DNA from: a virus
Lineage: Duplodnaviria > Caudoviricetes
DNA: 54,219 nt
Strand: one strand, 5' to 3'
Virus record (IMG/VR): IMGVR_UViG_3300045257_000227
Span: 1-54,219 of that record
Notes under the pieces: generated by a model
The model's database searches: none
Told to the model about the DNA's origin: nothing
The model's input: the letters and a program-made list of their open reading frames with translations, nothing else
Made by a program: the position numbers and the translations under genes
In this document: piece after piece, positions 28,719 to 37,322 of the stretch
Position numbering within the stretch: position 1 is the first letter of the stretch
Layout: each line of letters begins with the position of its first letter

Positions 28719-28906
28719 GGGCGTGTGGGGTTATTCGTCACCGACTGGTTGTACTGCTTCTCTAAAGCCTGCTCCCTGCGCTGCTCTTGGGCGTCTGTGC
28801 TCCAGTACCAAGCCAGCTTAGGGAACGTCCGGTTGGCGGTCACGACAGCGCAGCCGCCCACGCAGAGGGCAAGGAGGGCCAATGTGATGAGTTTGGTGGT
28901 TTTCAT
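28715..28906 (-). CDS. Small lipoprotein (o-spanin-like candidate)
   Basis: MKTTKLITLALLALCVGGC lipobox-like signal. Confidence 0.65.
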   Translation of the reverse strand: MKTTKLITLALLALCVGGCAVVTANRTFPKLAWYWSTDAQEQRREQALEKQYNQSVTNNPTRP

Positions 28907-28937
28907 AAAAAAGGCGTCCTGCTTACGCTGGACGCAA
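28907..28937 (-). terminator. Intrinsic terminator
   Basis: GCGTCCAGC-GTAA-GCAGGACGC followed by CTTTTTT on the minus strand. Confidence 0.65.
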
Positions 28938-28958
28938 AAGTGTATCGGATTGGGTCAG

Positions 28959-29195
28959 TTAAACGACCAGAGCCAGAAACGCCACTCCTTGAGGGCTTGC
29001 GGGGTCTATGCCCGCAGCCTTGAGTTGGGCGATGGCATGGTCTTTGGCGCTGAGTGTCAAGGAGGCCGTCAACGCCGCCCACTCCGCCGCCGTGACCGTG
29101 CCCGACGCTTCAAACTTGGCGATCAGGCCGGTGATGAGGTTAACCGCCGGGGGGCCGAACTGGGCCAGCAAAGAGAGGATGAGAGCGACAGACAT
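28959..29195 (-). CDS. Small hydrophobic protein (lysis/virion region)
   Basis: 78 aa, Ala/Leu-rich, packed in the operon. Confidence 0.7.
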   Translation of the reverse strand: MSVALILSLLAQFGPPAVNLITGLIAKFEASGTVTAAEWAALTASLTLSAKDHAIAQLKAAGIDPASPQGVAFLALVV

Positions 29196-29197
29196 GA

Positions 29198-29566
29198 TTA
29201 TTTGTTGGTTGAGGTTTCAGACGCCGTGACCGTGGACAGCAAATCGGTAAGTTGCAGGTTGATGGACGCCGGAGCGATGGCGTTGGTGCCGGTTTGAGCG
29301 ATGGCGGCGGCAATCGTACACGCTTTTTGAAGCTGGTCGAACTTCTGAGAGATGACCGTCAAATCGTTGGTCTTGACCAGTCCTTTGATCACCAGCCCGT
29401 AATACACGTCCAAAGCGGTGGAGGCGGTTTGTTCAACCGTGGCAATCGTGGTGTAGGCGGCGCGCTGAACTGACGTGCTGCTCTTGAACAGGCTGCACCC
29501 CACGACCGTCAGCATGACGGCCACACCCACGACAAAGCCGAAACTCGAAACCTTGATTTTTCTCAT
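29198..29566 (-). CDS. Lipoprotein (spanin-like candidate)
   Basis: Basic N-terminus, hydrophobic core, VVGC lipobox, helical body. Confidence 0.7.
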   Translation of the reverse strand: MRKIKVSSFGFVVGVAVMLTVVGCSLFKSSTSVQRAAYTTIATVEQTASTALDVYYGLVIKGLVKTNDLTVISQKFDQLQKACTIAAAIAQTGTNAIAPASINLQLTDLLSTVTASETSTNK

Positions 29567-29585
29567 AGAACCCACAATGCGCCCA

Positions 29586-29891
29586 TTATGGCTTGTTTGT
29601 CAAGGGGGGATTTGGTGCTAGATGACTGACCGACGGCGCGGCCGGGCTTGATCCAAACTGGTTGATGCGGTCAATCTCCTTGGCGTTTGTGTCCGTCGCC
29701 TTGGCCGACACATTCGAGTCACCGGCAAAAATAGCCGCCAATCCTCCAATAATCGCCCCGAAGAAGATAACCCACGAGTTTTCGTCCGCCGTGTGATGCA
29801 GGCACGCAAAGACGATGTGAACGGTTGCCCCGCAAATCGCGGTGAGCCCGAGGGAAGTAGTTTTCCAGTTCTGAATGAGTTGTTTGAGCAT
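29586..29891 (-). CDS. Holin-like two-TM protein
   Basis: NWKTTSLGL...two TM segments...FAGDSNV pattern. Confidence 0.7.
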   Translation of the reverse strand: MLKQLIQNWKTTSLGLTAICGATVHIVFACLHHTADENSWVIFFGAIIGGLAAIFAGDSNVSAKATDTNAKEIDRINQFGSSPAAPSVSHLAPNPPLTNKP

Positions 29892-29892
29892 A

Positions 29893-30270
29893 TTAGTGTT
29901 TAACCATCAATATCACGGCTCCCAACGAAAGCGCAATGCCCAAAAGCCCCAAGAGAACCGTCCAGAGCCAGTTGGCGCCCGTGCTGCGCCCCTGCATGAG
30001 ATCCATCCGCTGAGTCAGCGCCGCGACTTTGGCCGCGTTGTTCTTGGATTCGGCTTCTGCTTCCGCCCTGGGCATCAGGTTGCGTTCCCGGTCGTTCATC
30101 GCCCCGCGCCATTCATTCGCGCTTTCGCGCCACTTTTCCGCGTTGGCTTCGGCAATCGCCACGGCGTCTTTAGCGGCCTGCAAACCCAGTTCATGCCTCC
30201 TGTCCTGTTCGCTCAGGAGTTTTTCAAAATGCTCCTTGAGGGAGACTCCGCTCACTGGGTCTTTATCCAT
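29893..30270 (-). CDS. Coiled-coil protein with C-terminal TM helix
   Basis: ANEWRGAMND coiled coil, then WLWTVLLGLLGIALSLGAVILM. Confidence 0.75.
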   Translation of the reverse strand: MDKDPVSGVSLKEHFEKLLSEQDRRHELGLQAAKDAVAIAEANAEKWRESANEWRGAMNDRERNLMPRAEAEAESKNNAAKVAALTQRMDLMQGRSTGANWLWTVLLGLLGIALSLGAVILMVKH

Positions 30271-30827
30271 AGCGGGCCGGCGGTGTTGTCACGGAACACG
30301 GCAAATGAGCTTGTCCACGCCTGCAAATCGCTGGACGTGGAAATGGACACCGACCCCTTGCTGCCAAGGTACGCCCGGAAGTTCAGGTTGCCTTGCGCGT
30401 TGGTAACCAAAAAGAAAGTGTAGCCTCCCCACCCTGCCGTGGTCACCACGGGGTTAGGCGGGAGCGGGTAAAGCGCCTGCGTATTCGTGCCGATCTGGTA
30501 CAGGTAGGTGTAAACATGGCTCACACGGCCAATGCCGACCTCGTAGGTCACGCCGGGTGTGTCGGAAGGGTTGAAAGTCAGTTCCGAGATTGTGATTGGC
30601 GGAGGCGCTTTCCCGAACTCGTTGGTCATCACCATTTCGCGCATCATCGGCAACTCGTTTGACCAGTCGGAATGATTTGTCCCAAGGCAGGCGCGGACGG
30701 CAACGTAATTTGTCACGACTTTGGTCGGTTGAGGAACTGGCGGAATCATGGCGCTGGTCACGCTCGCGGCATGGCAACCCAAAGCCGAGACGCATAGCAT
30801 GAGCCAAGATGTGAGGAAGGGTTTCAT
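30252..30827 (-). CDS. Signal-peptide-bearing beta-rich protein
   Basis: Sec-type N-terminus; FN3-like segments; C-terminal SISTSSDLQAW motif. Confidence 0.7.
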   Translation of the reverse strand: MKPFLTSWLMLCVSALGCHAASVTSAMIPPVPQPTKVVTNYVAVRACLGTNHSDWSNELPMMREMVMTNEFGKAPPPITISELTFNPSDTPGVTYEVGIGRVSHVYTYLYQIGTNTQALYPLPPNPVVTTAGWGGYTFFLVTNAQGNLNFRAYLGSKGSVSISTSSDLQAWTSSFAVFRDNTAGPLWIKTQ

Positions 30828-32938
30828 CAGTTGCCGAATGGTTCCTCGAAATAAAAATCGTTCGTAGAGCTGCCGATGCCGGTTGATGAGTTTCCCTGCC
30901 GCAGGACAAGCGTTGTTTGATTAATTGAATCCCAAGGCACAGCGATTGCTGAAAGTCCAGCGCCGCCGGTGTTAGCCGCACCAATCGCAGTTGACGTGCA
31001 AAGCCGAATTGACGGCATGTTAGTCAGCGTAAAACCGCTGTTGAAAGTGATAGTGCAATTCGTGTTTCCGGCGGTTATCGCCCCATATACAATTCTAAAA
31101 ATAAACTGGCGCTGGCTCCGCGTGAGCGGCGTGTTGGTGATAATGTAGGCTGCAGAGCAGTTTGCGCCAGCGGTGATGGTAGGCAGAGGCGTGTTGGTGG
31201 GGATGATGATGCCGTTGGTGCTGATTATAGTTCCCAGATTAGCTGTACTTGCATTGATAGTGGAGTTTGGAGCGGAAATGGTGGACTGTGAACCAAGTTC
31301 AATTATCTGACCTCCAAAAATAGTGGCCGTGTTGCCAACGCCCGCGCTGGTATTGGTGAAAACAAACACGGAATTTGTTGGGACAAAAATCGTCAAATGG
31401 TTTGTGTAGGTCATCGCCAGTGTGACGCCAATGGTAGTGACGATGGCAGAAATGTTCGTGCCGCCGCCATTGACCGGCGCGGCGTTATCGTTCAGTGCCA
31501 TCCCTGCATCTCCAGTCACCGCCGCCGTGGTTAGAACAACACCAGCATTCACAATTAACGGAACACCATAATTGTTCGTGTAGAGTGCGCCTGAAATAAA
31601 GGGCGTATTAGTCACAATGGTCGTCACGACATTTGTAATTGCTCCTGTGAAATTATTCGCATTGAGGTTGGTCAATCCCGAACCGTTTCCGGTGTAAGAC
31701 CCGGAAATAAGATTCAGTCCTGAATCCGAAAACTGCGCGTTTGTGCGAGTTAACCCATTGCCCACACTGATATTGAGTGACCCGTTCGTCTGCGGCACGG
31801 CAATCATCAACGTGGAAGTGTTGGAGGCGTTCGCTAGGTTAGAAGCATTTCCCATCGCCAAAAGGTAGGCCGTGTTCGTCCCAATCGGAGCAGGCCCGCC
31901 CGTGAACCGGCTGCTGTTGATTCCCATGGAAACAAAGGCGCTGGTGGAATTTCCATTGTCGGCAACGGCGGAAAACTCTCCGCTGGCGGATGCGCCCGTA
32001 CTGGTGTTTTGAAAAACAGCCTGACCAAAGGTATTTGTATTGTTCAGAATCGTGAGTGCCGTCTGGTTGCTGCTGGAGAATGTATTCGCGTTCACGAATA
32101 CTTGGGAACCGCCGTTAGTGACTGCTCCATTGGCGGCTCCGCCCCCTCCTGCTGGCGCATTGCTCGGCATATAGTGGCCTTGCGCTGCGTTGTAGGTCAA
32201 AATCTGTCCATTGCCCGCAAGCTGGCTGACAAGGTTGGTATCCACCAAATTGGTTTCGCCGCCAGCGTTGTCGGTTACCACGCCCGCGATGAATGTCTTG
32301 GTTTGTAGCTGTCCGATGCGGATGATGTTCATGTCCCCCAAGACTCCGGGGTTCCCGATGTCGATATTGGACGATTCAGTTCCACTAAAATTAAAAGCAG
32401 CGTTGACACCAAGCGCGATGTTGTTTGATCCGCCCAACAGTTGACCTAGTGACTGATAGCCAACCGCCGAATTGTTGAACACACTGTTGGCTGAGGCCAT
32501 CGAATAAGCGCCGATGGCCGTGTTTTGATTGCCGTTCTCCATCAACCGCAGCGCATCCGTCCCAAAGGCCGCGTTCAGTCCGCCAATATCTTCGCTGGCA
32601 AAAGCACCTTGGCCGGCGACAGTATTTTCATGTCCCGTAGTAAGCATTTGGCCGGTTTGATTTCCAAGCATCACGTTGTCAATTCCCAGGCCGTTCACGT
32701 TCCCGGCATTCACTCCCAAAAATGTGTCATGGTTGAGATCGTCCGGCACGATTTCAGCAGACCCCATCCAAATAACTTGGTTCTTCACCCCATCAACCGT
32801 AAGGTTGGGGCCAACACGAATGTATCCATTCGCATAAAGGATTGCTCCCGGAGGGTTGGTCAACTGTTGCCAACTCGGTGAAGCTGCGAACAGCGTGGCG
32901 GTGAACAACACGATAAAGAGTGCGATTAGTTTTTTCAT
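30827..32938 (-). CDS. Fibre/adhesin-like protein with Hep-Hag-type repeats and an N-terminal signal peptide
   Basis: MKKLIALFIVLFTATLFA; ~14-aa repeats (NTAIGAYSM, NSAVGYQSL, NIALGVNAA); YTGNGSGLTNLNA; T/N-rich. Confidence 0.8.
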   Translation of the reverse strand: MKKLIALFIVLFTATLFAASPSWQQLTNPPGAILYANGYIRVGPNLTVDGVKNQVIWMGSAEIVPDDLNHDTFLGVNAGNVNGLGIDNVMLGNQTGQMLTTGHENTVAGQGAFASEDIGGLNAAFGTDALRLMENGNQNTAIGAYSMASANSVFNNSAVGYQSLGQLLGGSNNIALGVNAAFNFSGTESSNIDIGNPGVLGDMNIIRIGQLQTKTFIAGVVTDNAGGETNLVDTNLVSQLAGNGQILTYNAAQGHYMPSNAPAGGGGAANGAVTNGGSQVFVNANTFSSSNQTALTILNNTNTFGQAVFQNTSTGASASGEFSAVADNGNSTSAFVSMGINSSRFTGGPAPIGTNTAYLLAMGNASNLANASNTSTLMIAVPQTNGSLNISVGNGLTRTNAQFSDSGLNLISGSYTGNGSGLTNLNANNFTGAITNVVTTIVTNTPFISGALYTNNYGVPLIVNAGVVLTTAAVTGDAGMALNDNAAPVNGGGTNISAIVTTIGVTLAMTYTNHLTIFVPTNSVFVFTNTSAGVGNTATIFGGQIIELGSQSTISAPNSTINASTANLGTIISTNGIIIPTNTPLPTITAGANCSAAYIITNTPLTRSQRQFIFRIVYGAITAGNTNCTITFNSGFTLTNMPSIRLCTSTAIGAANTGGAGLSAIAVPWDSINQTTLVLRQGNSSTGIGSSTNDFYFEEPFGN

Positions 32939-33204
32939 ATCCATTTTTGTTGGGCGACGTTCCAACCAAACATTGAGCCGCTACCGTCGGCAGAATACGC
33001 AACGGCTGGCTTGGTCGGGTCGGCGGGTTTCAATCCTTCGGTGTTCGGGTCGGCGATATACACGACTGGTGCGTTTCCACCGCCGCCCGAGGGGTTATTT
33101 ACAATCTGGCAGAGCAAATAGACGTTGATTTCTTGAAGTTGCTTTTCAGAAAGACACTGAAAACAGTTGCTCGCGGCCAGCAAGACTTGAGGGGTGCAGG
33201 TCAT
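32935..33204 (-). CDS. Cys-module virion protein (CFQCL family)
   Basis: CTPQVLLAASNCFQCLSEKQL...YLLCQI, Gly linker, small beta domain. Confidence 0.8.
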   Translation of the reverse strand: MTCTPQVLLAASNCFQCLSEKQLQEINVYLLCQIVNNPSGGGGNAPVVYIADPNTEGLKPADPTKPAVAYSADGSGSMFGWNVAQQKWI

Positions 33205-33437
33205 GGCAACGTCCCCCCGTTAATCTGGCAGAGTATAGAAGCCTGTATCATCGCCAGTTGCTTTTCCGATAGCACTTGGAACGCGCTCGCCGCGGCCAGC
33301 AGCGCGCCGGGGTTGGGAGTGATGCCCGCAATCTGCGCCAGCAAATACGTCTGCACCATCGCCTGTTGCTTCTCCGAGAGGCATTGCAGGCAATTCGACT
33401 CGTTCACCAAGTCTTGTGGTTTGCAGGATTCGCTCAT
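33201..33437 (-). CDS. Cys-module virion protein (two tandem modules)
   Basis: CKPQDLVNESNCLQCLSEKQQ...LLAQI followed by PGALLAAASAFQVLSEKQL...ILCQI. Confidence 0.8.
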   Translation of the reverse strand: MSESCKPQDLVNESNCLQCLSEKQQAMVQTYLLAQIAGITPNPGALLAAASAFQVLSEKQLAMIQASILCQINGGTLP

Positions 33438-33814
33438 GCGACAAATACCGAGTTGGATGCTGGCACAATGATGTTTCCACCGGCATCAAAGCCCACTACC
33501 CTAAAAAATGCGTTCGCGCTGGACCAGCCGCCTGACTGTCTAACAGGTCCAGCATTTGTTTGTTGGTTGGTCCAACCCGAAACTCCGTCCGGCGAGGATT
33601 GAACCTGCCAATGGTCCGGATTGGCTCCGGTGAAGACCCAAGTGAGTTGTCCTCCACTTGTGTTTGGGTCGTAGGATAGAACCGTCGGCGGTATTACTGG
33701 CTTGTTCGCGTAGTCGCACAACGCCTGGGTCTTGGCCCGCCGCAATTGCTCAGGCGTCAAGCATTGGAAACAGGACGCTTGCGCGATCAAAACCTCTGGT
33801 GAACACGAGGCCAT
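33434..33814 (-). CDS. Cys-module virion protein with FN3/Ig-like C-terminal domain
   Basis: CSPEVLIAQASCFQCLTPEQL...ALCDY, then LTW...WQVQSSPDG..W...FFRVVG. Confidence 0.8.
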   Translation of the reverse strand: MASCSPEVLIAQASCFQCLTPEQLRRAKTQALCDYANKPVIPPTVLSYDPNTSGGQLTWVFTGANPDHWQVQSSPDGVSGWTNQQTNAGPVRQSGGWSSANAFFRVVGFDAGGNIIVPASNSVFVA

Positions 33815-33817
33815 TCA

Positions 33818-34240
33818 TTATTGCGTGTAAGCTTTGTGGACTCCAAGCTGGCATTCCAGAAACACGTTCATGCGGTCGAGCAAGGACTCGTTCACGTTCA
33901 ACAGACAGGCTATTTGCGCCATCCGCGCCGATATTGTCGCCACTAACGGCATACCGGCGGCGACAGCGTTGGCATGGGCAATCGCAAGCTCATACGTGCC
34001 GATATACCGGGTGCCGATGTTGTCCAACCCTACCTTGCTATCCGCGAATTGCACCGTGGCGCCGACCAAGCCGGTCGCGCCCGACCCAATCAGGTTCCCC
34101 GTGTAATCGGTTCCCCCAATCAGCTTGAGTTCGGTCGCCTTGAAGAAAACCATCAACGCTTTGCGCCGGATGGCGTCAATCACGCTGTCGTCGAAACAGG
34201 CAACGTTGAGGCTGGAAATGTTGCAAACTGGATTTGCCAT
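33818..34240 (-). CDS. Virion protein with diverged Cys modules
   Basis: CNISSLNVACF... and ACLLNVNESLLDRMNVFLECQL. Confidence 0.75.
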   Translation of the reverse strand: MANPVCNISSLNVACFDDSVIDAIRRKALMVFFKATELKLIGGTDYTGNLIGSGATGLVGATVQFADSKVGLDNIGTRYIGTYELAIAHANAVAAGMPLVATISARMAQIACLLNVNESLLDRMNVFLECQLGVHKAYTQ

Positions 34241-34241
34241 G

Positions 34242-34547
34242 TTACATCGCTCCTTTCTGCATTTTGTCCTTCGAGAAGGATTCGGCCAAACCGTCAGAAC
34301 CGCCCATGCCGGGTTTCTCCCCGGTCGAATAGGCCACGGTCACCGAACCGTTCTCCGCGTTCACGGCCACAACCTTGAACTCGAAAGTGTCACCCTCCTT
34401 AGGCGTCTGTCCGCCAAACATCGAGGCGGGTATTTCGGCGGTTTGCGCCTGGTCGCCGCCCGAGGGCGGCGCGTCGGCAGGCGCTTGCGCGTCTTCGCCC
34501 ATGACGGGCGCGGCTTGCGCCGCCGGAGGCTGTTGATTGTAGGCCAT
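34242..34547 (-). CDS. Small acidic protein downstream of the capsid gene
   Basis: Disordered N-terminus plus KEGDTFEFKVVAVN beta-barrel motif. Confidence 0.75.
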   Translation of the reverse strand: MAYNQQPPAAQAAPVMGEDAQAPADAPPSGGDQAQTAEIPASMFGGQTPKEGDTFEFKVVAVNAENGSVTVAYSTGEKPGMGGSDGLAESFSKDKMQKGAM

Positions 34548-34572
34548 AGTAAATCGGTTGCGTTCTTAGTGA

Positions 34573-34608
34573 AGGGAGTTGGCGGAAACGCATATAACCG
34601 CCAACCCC
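34573..34608 (-). terminator. Stem-loop after the major capsid gene
   Basis: GGGGTTGGCGG...CCGCCAACTCC hairpin; weak U-tract, so it may be an mRNA stabiliser or attenuator. Confidence 0.55.
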
Positions 34609-34621
34609 CACCGAACCGAGA

Positions 34622-35944
34622 TTAAACTTGGCACACCGGCGGATTGTCCGCCGTCGAATACTGCGCGTACTGGGTTGTGCCGCAAATCGGCTGGTCAACC
34701 ATGCAGTTCTTCCCCGCGCCATCGAGCAAGTGCAAGATCGGCAGCACAAGCGGGCGTTGTTCGTATTTGAAGCCGAGCTCCAGATAGCAGAGCCAGTAAA
34801 AGTACCATTGCAAATCGTTGTTGATCTGGCAGGTCGTGCCGTCCTGGTTCTGGTAGAACAGCACTTCGCCGTTCTTGTAATCCCAAGCGCCCCACATGGC
34901 CGAATTGACCGTCGGAAACATCTCATGAACCTTTTTCGGCTTCGGCGTGAACAACGTCGCCCCCTTGGGATGCAGGACATAGCTGATGCCGTACCGGGCA
35001 TTCAGGTACGACGGATTCACCAACGGCTTGAGGCCGGTCGTGGCGGCCGCGTTGTAGTACGGCAGGACGCGGACGAGATTGCCGTTGCCCGCGTCCTGAT
35101 AACGCGGCTGATGCTCGTCGAACGTCGGCGCAAACGAACCAAACGGGTCGGCATTGACGCCGAGACCGATCTGATACAAGGGCGACACGTCCTTGACGCC
35201 GACCAGGTGCAACTGCGCCTTCACTTCGGGATTCAGCCCGACGAGGCGTTGATACGTCCGCTGATGCGTGACCAGGTTCCGCATTCCCTTCGCCATGCCC
35301 GAATCAATGTCGTACCCCTTCATCGTCAGCAATTGCTGGTAATAGTTCAGGTACGTCAGCGTCAAATCGCTCGTCGGGTAGTTGGCAGACGACCCCAGGG
35401 CAATCGTGTTCGAGTTGGCGTCAATCACGGTCGAAGTGATGGGCGTTTCGAGGAAGTTTGCGCCACACACATACAGCGTGTCGTTGAACGACAGAAAGCG
35501 GGTCCGCAGATAATCCGCGGTGAAGCCCAAGGGCATCCGGCGGATGTTCCGGTACATCTCGCGGATCTGGCCGGCCAGGTTCGGGATGCCGCGCAACTGG
35601 TCCAGGCTCCAAAGCTGTGACATGAGAACCTTGTTCTCCATGTTGTACTGGTCGCGGGTCGTGCCCATCGCAATGAACTGGCGCGGCGGGAGCGTGTTAC
35701 CGCATTCCGTGTACGCCGAGGGCGTGCTGACACGCTTGTTCCACGGCAAGGTGAAATCCGGCTGGCCCACATGCACCTTGTCAAAGACGCGCACTTCGGC
35801 TCCGTCCTCCCACGTCTCGGTCATGTGCCGCCCCACAAAGGGCATACCCGGCATGTCGGAGATGAAGTCCTTGAGGAACTCCTTGTCGTAAACTGGTGTT
35901 TGCTTGGCCAGGGCGGTCGAAAGTTGTTGACAGCTAATTGCCAT
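34622..35944 (-). CDS. Major capsid protein
   Basis: 440 aa with strong codon bias, a long structured leader and a downstream hairpin; followed by decoration-like genes. No other MCP candidate is present. Confidence 0.8.
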   Translation of the reverse strand: MAISCQQLSTALAKQTPVYDKEFLKDFISDMPGMPFVGRHMTETWEDGAEVRVFDKVHVGQPDFTLPWNKRVSTPSAYTECGNTLPPRQFIAMGTTRDQYNMENKVLMSQLWSLDQLRGIPNLAGQIREMYRNIRRMPLGFTADYLRTRFLSFNDTLYVCGANFLETPITSTVIDANSNTIALGSSANYPTSDLTLTYLNYYQQLLTMKGYDIDSGMAKGMRNLVTHQRTYQRLVGLNPEVKAQLHLVGVKDVSPLYQIGLGVNADPFGSFAPTFDEHQPRYQDAGNGNLVRVLPYYNAAATTGLKPLVNPSYLNARYGISYVLHPKGATLFTPKPKKVHEMFPTVNSAMWGAWDYKNGEVLFYQNQDGTTCQINNDLQWYFYWLCYLELGFKYEQRPLVLPILHLLDGAGKNCMVDQPICGTTQYAQYSTADNPPVCQV

Positions 35945-36135
35945 ATAAAAAATGTGTTGTGTTCCACATGGAACGATTTGGTTTCACCGCGAACAAGTGG
36001 AGGCACTTGCAACCTGTCTCTTTGACACAGCAGCCGGGACTGTTCGGCGATCACGTCCTGCAGCAAAAGGATACTGCTTCCTGTCACGGTTTCCCGCGAC
36101 GTTTGGACTTTTGACCTGTTCGGACGGCAAAGCAA
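35945..36135 (-). promoter_or_regulatory. Promoter and ~155-nt multi-hairpin leader of the capsid gene
   Basis: TTGCTT-N17-AAAAGT; hairpins GTCGCGG-GAAA-CCGTGAC, GCAAGTG-CCTC-CACTTGT and GTTCCA-TG-TGGAAC. Confidence 0.5.
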
Positions 36136-36146
36136 TTATTTTCTTC

Positions 36147-36175
36147 TTGAAAAAAGCACGGCCATAGCGTACGGT
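36147..36175 (+). promoter_or_regulatory. Promoter for the HTH gene (near-leaderless)
   Basis: TTGAAA-N17-TACGGT, 8 nt before ATG 36184. Confidence 0.55.
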
Positions 36176-36183
36176 CGCTGTGC

Positions 36184-36369
36184 ATGACATTCCCCCAAGA
36201 ACTCCGTAAGTGGGTCAAAAAACGCAGGTTCACCCAACAACAGGCGGCTGCTCACTTGTCGGTTCCGTTCCGAACCTTTCAAGATTGGCTTGCGGGAGCG
36301 ATACCTCATCCCGACCGTCAGGAGGTCGTGAACCTAAGAATAAAGGCACTAGATGAAAAAATACCTTAA
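36184..36369 (+). CDS. Cro/XRE-like HTH protein
   Basis: FTQQQAAAHLSVPFRTFQDWLAG...P. Confidence 0.88.
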   Translation: MTFPQELRKWVKKRRFTQQQAAAHLSVPFRTFQDWLAGAIPHPDRQEVVNLRIKALDEKIP

Positions 36370-36444
36370 CACCCCAATCCCTCGCTGGCAGGCATATCTG
36401 GCGGTAGCCATTATCTGTTTCGCTGTTGGCTTCTTTGTCACGGC

Positions 36445-36786
36445 GTGGCTCATCTTGAAAGGGTTTCTGTGAAGGTAACCGATTTACCATTGAGGGAAAC
36501 GATGTGCGCTACCTGCCCGTTCCGGCCCGGAAGCAAATACGAAAACTTAGCTCAGGGTTTGGCCGAAAGCGCGCTCAATTTAGCGAGCCGAATTTGTCAT
36601 TCAACTGGAAGCAATAACGGCATCAACAAGCGAACCGGAAAGCCTTTTCATCTTTGTCGCGGCGCGCGCGATGTTCAACTGGCGCTGTTTGCTGGCCTTC
36701 GTTTCATTGATTCAGCCACGGATGAGGCTTGGAACAAGGCGCGTTCAGTCATCGGCTTAAAACCAACAACCATCAAAAACCCATGA
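36445..36786 (+). CDS. Cys/His metal-binding protein
   Basis: CATCPFR...ICHST...LCRGA. Confidence 0.75.
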   Translation: MAHLERVSVKVTDLPLRETMCATCPFRPGSKYENLAQGLAESALNLASRICHSTGSNNGINKRTGKPFHLCRGARDVQLALFAGLRFIDSATDEAWNKARSVIGLKPTTIKNP

Positions 36787-37322
36787 ACGTTCTCTGCATG
36801 GTCATTGTCGGCGCGTTCTGCCTCGTCATGGGCGGCGGCGCGATTTACGAAATGCACAAGGTCTGCGTCCGGCTGGACAACGGGCAGCAAGTCCCGCCGG
36901 TCGTTGCCACGGTCAACGCGCCCGACGAGCCGATTGATTTCGCCACGGCCTACGCGCTCCAAGTCGGCTACGCCTGGATGATAGTCGGGGTCGAACCGCA
37001 CGCGCGCAAGACCTCGGCGGCCGTCGTCCACCCGGTTGTCACCATCCATATCGACGGCGACGGGGTTGTCACGTTGGGCATGACGAACGATGCCGCGTGG
37101 ACGGAGAAGCTTGTTGGGGACGTGTTCTCTTTGAACACTCAGGGCGTGCCGAATTTCGATTCGATGGGCAACGCTCCGGGCGTTCCGGTCACGTTGCTGG
37201 TGTCAACCGATCTGGTGAATTGGGATTGGCTGACGACGGTGAACGTCGAGACGAATGCGAGCTTTGTTGATGTGGACAGGAACTACTACGACGGCACGGC
37301 GTTTTACAGGGTAGAACCATGA
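36783..37322 (+). CDS. Membrane-anchored/exported protein with STDLVNW...FYRV C-terminal domain
   Basis: N-terminal hydrophobic helix; LLVSTDLVNWDWL...AFYRVEP. Confidence 0.75.
   Translation: MNVLCMVIVGAFCLVMGGGAIYEMHKVCVRLDNGQQVPPVVATVNAPDEPIDFATAYALQVGYAWMIVGVEPHARKTSAAVVHPVVTIHIDGDGVVTLGMTNDAAWTEKLVGDVFSLNTQGVPNFDSMGNAPGVPVTLLVSTDLVNWDWLTTVNVETNASFVDVDRNYYDGTAFYRVEP

Noticed and set aside
30827-34240. Diversity-generating retroelement or invertible fibre cassette
   Set aside because: I saw no reverse transcriptase or invertase and no TR/VR-like nucleotide repeat pair; similarity is at protein level only.
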